Origin: Candidatus Bathyarchaeia archaeon
Lineage (GTDB): Archaea; Thermoproteota; Bathyarchaeia; Bathyarchaeales; Bathycorpusculaceae
Direction: 5' to 3'
NCBI GenBank assembly: GCA_038883795.1
Contig: JAVZLK010000018.1
Location: 1-32,120 of the forward strand
DNA: 32,120 nt
The translations under genes and the position numbers were made by a program. Of the stretch, positions 28,358-32,120 are shown piece after piece (position 1 is the stretch's first letter; the number at the start of each line of letters is the position of its first letter). Below the pieces are notes generated by a model. The model was not told where the DNA came from, made no database searches, and saw only the letters and a list, made by a program, of their open reading frames with translations.

Positions 28358-28573
28358 ATGAGTGAAGCAACAACCATTAGAGTTTCAAAAAGCACATTAA
28401 AAATGTTGGAGAGGCTACGCAGAAAATTGGGAGCCCAAACCCTAGACGAAACCATAAAGCTTTTTATTGCACAACAACGCAGACAAAGGCTCAGTGAAGT
28501 TTTCGGCATAGACAAGGGAAAAATAAAGCCATTCACGGAGGAAGACCGCGGTGAAAACAGCGGTGGTGATTGA
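28358..28573 (+). CDS. vapB: VapB-type antitoxin (RHH-like)
   Basis: TTIRVSKSTLKMLERL..TLDETI; overlaps the PIN toxin; GGTGA precedes ATG 28358. Confidence 0.82.
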   Translation: MSEATTIRVSKSTLKMLERLRRKLGAQTLDETIKLFIAQQRRQRLSEVFGIDKGKIKPFTEEDRGENSGGD

Positions 28574-28970
28574 CGCTTACGCTTGGATCGAAATTTTCAT
28601 AGGAAGCCAAAAAGGAGAAAAAGCTAAAGAAATCCTTCAAAAAGCTGAAGAAGCCTACACGCCCGACATTGTTTTGGCTGAAATAGCCCGCAAATACATG
28701 CGCGAAGGCGCAAAAGAACAAACAATCCACGAACGCCTAAAAACAATAGAAGAAACCTCAGAAATAACCCCCATAGACAAGGAAACCGCCATAGAATCAG
28801 CAAAATGCCACATGCAACTAACAGAAAAAACCAAAAAAGAAAAACTTAAAGCACCAAGCCTCTTCGACGCCATAATACTAGCAACAGCAAAAACACTAAA
28901 CGCAAAGATAATAACAGGCGATGAACACTTCAAAGGCTTAAGCCAAACTATATGGATAGGCGAAGCCTAA
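28551..28970 (+). CDS. vapC: VapC PIN-domain ribonuclease toxin
   Basis: VIDAYAW, VLAEI, SLFDAIILATA, ITGDEHF acidic tetrad. Confidence 0.92.
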   Translation: MKTAVVIDAYAWIEIFIGSQKGEKAKEILQKAEEAYTPDIVLAEIARKYMREGAKEQTIHERLKTIEETSEITPIDKETAIESAKCHMQLTEKTKKEKLKAPSLFDAIILATAKTLNAKIITGDEHFKGLSQTIWIGEA

Positions 28971-29003
28971 TGAAAAAGAAAGACGCTCAGCGAAATTTAA
29001 GTC

Positions 29004-29106
29004 AAAGTCCACCATAGACCTTGCTGGTTCTGGAGCGAAATATGCTACTCCTGACGAGATGAAGCGTTTCTTGAACAAGTTAAGGGAAGAAGAGTTTAGA
29101 TATAAA
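29004..29106 (+). repeat. Direct repeat copy 2; antitoxin-like pseudogene fragment
   Basis: Encodes KSTIDLAGSGAKYATPDEMKRFLNKLREE with no in-frame start and a 1-nt deletion at the 3' end. Confidence 0.85.
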
Positions 29107-29256
29107 ACCATTAGAAAATCTCTAAAGGAATAAGAGTTTCAGATGCTTCCTAAGATCCTCACTTCGTTTAATCAACATACTAAAAAATTTATGAATCTTA
29201 TAGATCGCCTAGAATGAAATTGAATTTAAACATCCACGTAAAACAACACAAATTTA

Positions 29257-29646
29257 CTAAACATTTCGTAAGAATAGTTTGAGTCCAAACTTTTTTAGGG
29301 GTTCATAGTGTTTTTGGTCGAAGGTGTAGAGGGTTGCGCCCCTATTCATGGTTATGGCTGCTATCATGGCATCAGCCCTTCTAATGGGCAATCCAACTTC
29401 TTCAGCCCTTAACTCCAAATCCGCGGACAAAACAGCATCCCTCTTAGTAAAATCGAGAACTGGTAAAAGCAAAACTTCTCTTACTGGGTGGGCATACTTT
29501 TTCAAACCATACAAAATCTCGTGAAGGTTAATCACGGTAATGGCTATGTCTTCACCCTTCTTTTCAAGGCTGCGGAGGACCTCATCACCCTTGGCGGATT
29601 TCTTGTCAAAAACTTCGATTAAAACATCCGTGTCTAAAACAATCAT
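29257..29646 (-). CDS. vapC: VapC PIN-domain ribonuclease toxin
   Basis: IVLDTDVLI, NLHEIL, ADAMIAA, YTFDQKHY. Confidence 0.93.
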   Translation of the reverse strand: MIVLDTDVLIEVFDKKSAKGDEVLRSLEKKGEDIAITVINLHEILYGLKKYAHPVREVLLLPVLDFTKRDAVLSADLELRAEEVGLPIRRADAMIAAITMNRGATLYTFDQKHYEPLKKFGLKLFLRNV

Positions 29647-29855
29647 TGCCTACGCTCAGCCCTCAAAGCACAAATTTCCGAAAGCAAATGCTCCTTATCC
29701 CTAAACTCCACACAACCCCTAAGCTTCCTTAAAACGTCAAGGGGATTCGCACCCTCAGCAAGTCTCTCAAACAAATCACTAAAACTTTCATCCTCCCGCT
29801 TAATCTTCAACAACTTCCTATAAACCTCATCCCTTATAGTAACAGTCTTAGTCAT
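29643..29855 (-). CDS. vapB: Archaeal VapB antitoxin (DUF217-like)
   Basis: KTVTIRDEVYRKLLKIKREDESFSDLFERL; 4-nt ATGA overlap with vapC. Confidence 0.9.
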   Translation of the reverse strand: MTKTVTIRDEVYRKLLKIKREDESFSDLFERLAEGANPLDVLRKLRGCVEFRDKEHLLSEICALRAERRQ

Positions 29856-29874
29856 AAGGCTATCCCGTCAAAAT

Positions 29875-29899
29875 TATGTTTAAACATATATTTAAACAT
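29875..29899. promoter_or_regulatory. Palindromic operator over the TATA region of the second vapBC
   Basis: Perfect 14-bp palindrome TATGTTTAAACATA (29875-88), plus inverted repeat ATGTTTAAA-N6-TTTAAACAT (29876-99). Confidence 0.6.
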
Positions 29900-29909
29900 T
29901 CAACCAGTT

Positions 29910-30455
29910 TCACTCATTCGTCAAGGCTTCAAGAATTGAAAGTGTATTCTCCTTTCTCGCCCGTTTTTTCAGCGCTTCAGTATTCACTTTTGTGAATTTT
30001 AGAATAGCCCTAACATCCTCCTCATCCTTTAAGGCTCTTTCTCTTGGTATTGTTGCCTTAATCATTCGCAGCTTAGCCAAAACCAGATCTTCAGGTGCCT
30101 GAAAAAACGTTTCTTTACCTGCTATTTTTCCCGCCTTTTTCTCAAATTTTTTGTCCGAAATTATCACGTCAACACTGTAGGGTGTCTTACCATCCTTGAA
30201 GGTGGCTATTTTATAACCAGACTTTAAGGCTTTTTCAATTTCCCCTTCATCAACAGTTAATTCTGCCTCTCGCAAAGCAGCGACAAGTCTTGCCTTCTGC
30301 TTTCCTTCCGAAATATAAACCAAAACATCAACATCCACGGTGGTTCGCGGAACACCATAAAAGCTGGCAGCCAAAGCGCCAGTAAAAGCATAATCCAAAC
30401 CAGCTTTCTCAAAACCATTTATGAGACGCTTAACAAAATCATAAAAAACTTCCAA
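29910..30455 (-). CDS. AbiEii/MenT1-like nucleotidyltransferase toxin
   Basis: TGALAASFYGVPRTTVDVD, PEDLVLAKL, KDEED. Probable TTG start 30455 just after the partner stop. Confidence 0.8.
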   Translation of the reverse strand: MEVFYDFVKRLINGFEKAGLDYAFTGALAASFYGVPRTTVDVDVLVYISEGKQKARLVAALREAELTVDEGEIEKALKSGYKIATFKDGKTPYSVDVIISDKKFEKKAGKIAGKETFFQAPEDLVLAKLRMIKATIPRERALKDEEDVRAILKFTKVNTEALKKRARKENTLSILEALTNE

Positions 30456-30456
30456 C

Positions 30457-30675
30457 TTAAACGCCTCTTTTGCGCCAGCGTTTACTCCACTCAAGTCTTT
30501 CGCGCAATTTTTCAATAAGCTCCTCATCGCTTATTTTTGGATTCTGCGCTCTAATGCCTTCAGCGCATACACGCACAACAGCATCTGACATGTCAATAGC
30601 CAAATTAACCTTCTCTTCTGGTCTGAGATGCCCAAGCCTTTCCGCATCCTTATCCACGCATAAGCACCAAACCAT
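30457..30675 (-). CDS. MenA1 (Rv0078B)-like helical antitoxin
   Basis: EKVNLAIDM...IRAQNPKISDEEL, immediately upstream of the nucleotidyltransferase. Confidence 0.65.
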   Translation of the reverse strand: MVWCLCVDKDAERLGHLRPEEKVNLAIDMSDAVVRVCAEGIRAQNPKISDEELIEKLRERLEWSKRWRKRGV

Positions 30676-30694
30676 AAATTAAGCTATTGCTCCT

Positions 30695-30871
30695 TTAAAG
30701 TTTCAGCCTTTTAATCAAAGCTTTAACCTTCTCCTCGTCTTTTAGGAAATCTTCTATTATGGCGTTTGCCACAACATAAATCCGCAAATCATTCAAAAAC
30801 GCTAACTTCCTAATTTCCCTATGCAAGTCTTCGCGGATTTCGACAACAGTTCTTTTAGCGCTTTTACCCAA
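30695..30871 (-). CDS. 58-aa ribbon-helix-helix-like protein
   Basis: Not in the ORF track. GGAGG RBS, TTG start, MGKSAKRTVVEIREDLHREIRKLAFLNDLRIYVVANAIIEDFLKDEEKVKALIKRLKL. Confidence 0.75.
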   Translation of the reverse strand: MGKSAKRTVVEIREDLHREIRKLAFLNDLRIYVVANAIIEDFLKDEEKVKALIKRLKL

Positions 30872-30889
30872 GTTTGTGCGCCTCCCACG

Positions 30890-32120
30890 CTAGTTGCCTT
30901 GGATTTGGATGGCTAAATCGCCAATAACAAGATACAGCCTTGTAATTTTCACTTCTGTAGGCTTTATTATGGAGACTTCTGCAAGCACTTTTATGGTGGC
31001 TTCTGGGCTTATGTTGAATGTTGACTCTAAAGTGGAAAGGGCTTCTGCCTTCACCATTGCGCCTAGTGGAAGCGTAAAAGTCACTTCATAAACGCTTGTG
31101 GTGGAAGCTTTAACAACAGCGTCTTTTGCTATGCTCAATTCAAAAAGGGTTTGTGTTAATGCTTGTGCCAAGGCATCTTGGTCAATGTTAAATGCGGTTT
31201 CAGTTTGGCATAACACTTGCGCCGTGGCTATGGCATCTTTAAAAATTTCTATTACACCTGTTACAACTTCAACAAGCATATCAGCCAAAGCGTTTACAAA
31301 AGCATCTTTAGAAATGTTGAACATTGTTTCCGAAGTTGTTAAGCCATGGGCGGCTACGCTTGCTTCCTTGTCGATTGTATATGCGCTTTGATAGGCTGGT
31401 GTGGCAAGAGATTGGCTTAAAGCGTCAACATAAATTTCATAAGTTTGCCCGCCGCCTGCTTGCTCTTCGCTTCCCCAACTGCTATGCGAAGGTTCTGGGT
31501 CAACATATTTTCTTATGAGCACCCAATCAATGTAATGGCTTGAGCCAGAATAACAATGTAAATGAAGATATGTTTGTGAACTAAAAGTCGTATCCGTAGC
31601 TGATAATTTTAGGCTACCATCTTTCCAAGCTTTCAGACCTGAACCATACCATCCAAAATCACATTTATGGTAAACGTTGTTTTGGTCAGAATCACTAATT
31701 GAAGCTAAAGGATATTCGGTTGAACTTACATATTTTACTATTTTAGAATATGCGCCTGCCCATCCACACCATACTGCCCAATAACCATTCACTAACCCAT
31801 AAGTTGAATAACCACCGTCTCCAAATCCCATGTCGTATGCTTCATCCCAATCATCAGCATACTTGTATGTGTGAATTGCCATATTGTTTTGAGCGCTGAA
31901 TTGATGAACAACAGCAGTTTGGTAGTTGGTTGACGTAATGTGCAAATGTTTTCTTCCATTAACAAGTCTAACTTTTGCCTCGCCAACTCCTCCCACTCTC
32001 TTTGTTACCCATCCACCTTGTCCGTTAATATCACTTCCATCAGTATAACTTTCAAAATCATCAAAAAACAGAAACGTATTTGCGCCGTTGCTTGTTGTTG
32101 TGGCATCTGATTTGCCGTAA
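30890..32120 (-). CDS. DUF2341/concanavalin-like protein with C-terminal 20-aa repeats, putative virion fibre or adhesin (5' truncated by window)
   Basis: Frame stays open to the window edge: YGKSDATTTSNGANTFLFFDDF...YIDWVLIRKYVDPEP, then about eight FxIxKDAxxxA repeats. Confidence 0.75.
   Translation of the reverse strand, partial: YGKSDATTTSNGANTFLFFDDFESYTDGSDINGQGGWVTKRVGGVGEAKVRLVNGRKHLHITSTNYQTAVVHQFSAQNNMAIHTYKYADDWDEAYDMGFGDGGYSTYGLVNGYWAVWCGWAGAYSKIVKYVSSTEYPLASISDSDQNNVYHKCDFGWYGSGLKAWKDGSLKLSATDTTFSSQTYLHLHCYSGSSHYIDWVLIRKYVDPEPSHSSWGSEEQAGGGQTYEIYVDALSQSLATPAYQSAYTIDKEASVAAHGLTTSETMFNISKDAFVNALADMLVEVVTGVIEIFKDAIATAQVLCQTETAFNIDQDALAQALTQTLFELSIAKDAVVKASTTSVYEVTFTLPLGAMVKAEALSTLESTFNISPEATIKVLAEVSIIKPTEVKITRLYLVIGDLAIQIQGN

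Larger units (their letters stand above)
22267..32120 (-). mobile_element. Head-tail provirus or provirus-derived region (partial; boundaries undefined)
   Basis: Co-oriented TerL, putative TerS, holin-like protein, RHH and DUF2341 fibre-like gene. No integrase, portal, capsid or att site seen in the window. Confidence 0.75.

Noticed and set aside
1-32120. CRISPR array, DGR or retron
   Set aside because: No regularly spaced short repeats, cas genes or reverse transcriptase motifs seen. The 104-bp repeat differences are not confined to adenines, so it is not a TR/VR pair.
1-32120. Genome-wide TAG or TGA recoding
   Set aside because: TAG ends several genes at plausible positions (e.g. 19810, 20502, 30890) and TGA ends rubrerythrin and TerL, so both act as stops.

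Overview
Archaeal chromosome segment, probably Bathyarchaeia (inferred from gene content and GGTGA/GGAGG ribosome-binding sites; not verifiable here). The left part (1-17.3 kb) is mostly housekeeping: DapA-family aldolase (partial), trm1, NTPase, rubrerythrin, rnhB, an HTH regulator, fibrillarin/nop5, pyrD/pyrK and ileS. It is interrupted by a block of exported proteins: a NosD/CASH beta-helix gene split by one in-frame TAG, a tailspike-like beta-helix protein and a secreted caspase-family peptidase. Three tRNAs follow at 18.4-19.0 kb: Ala-CGC with a 16-nt BHB intron, Arg-TCG and Ile-GAT. Next come small accessory genes: an MscL-like channel with an apparently permuted helix, RHH regulators, an unannotated 35-aa Cys4 microprotein, a nucleotidyltransferase and an Lrp domain. 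From ~22.3 kb to the window end lies a head-tail provirus-like region on the minus strand: DUF2341/lectin/repeat fibre-like protein, RHH protein, 2-TM holin-like protein, putative TerS, TerL, and an ABC-ATPase-GNAT acetyltransferase fusion overlapping the TerL stop. Inserted in it is a cargo island of predicted RNA-targeting modules: a divergent pair of membrane-anchored HEPN RNase and rhomboid-like protease, two VapBC pairs, a MenA1/MenT1-like nucleotidyltransferase TA pair, and two antitoxin-like remnants forming a direct repeat. The best candidates for an undescribed system are the rhomboid/TM-HEPN pair and the terminase-coupled ABC-GNAT enzyme.
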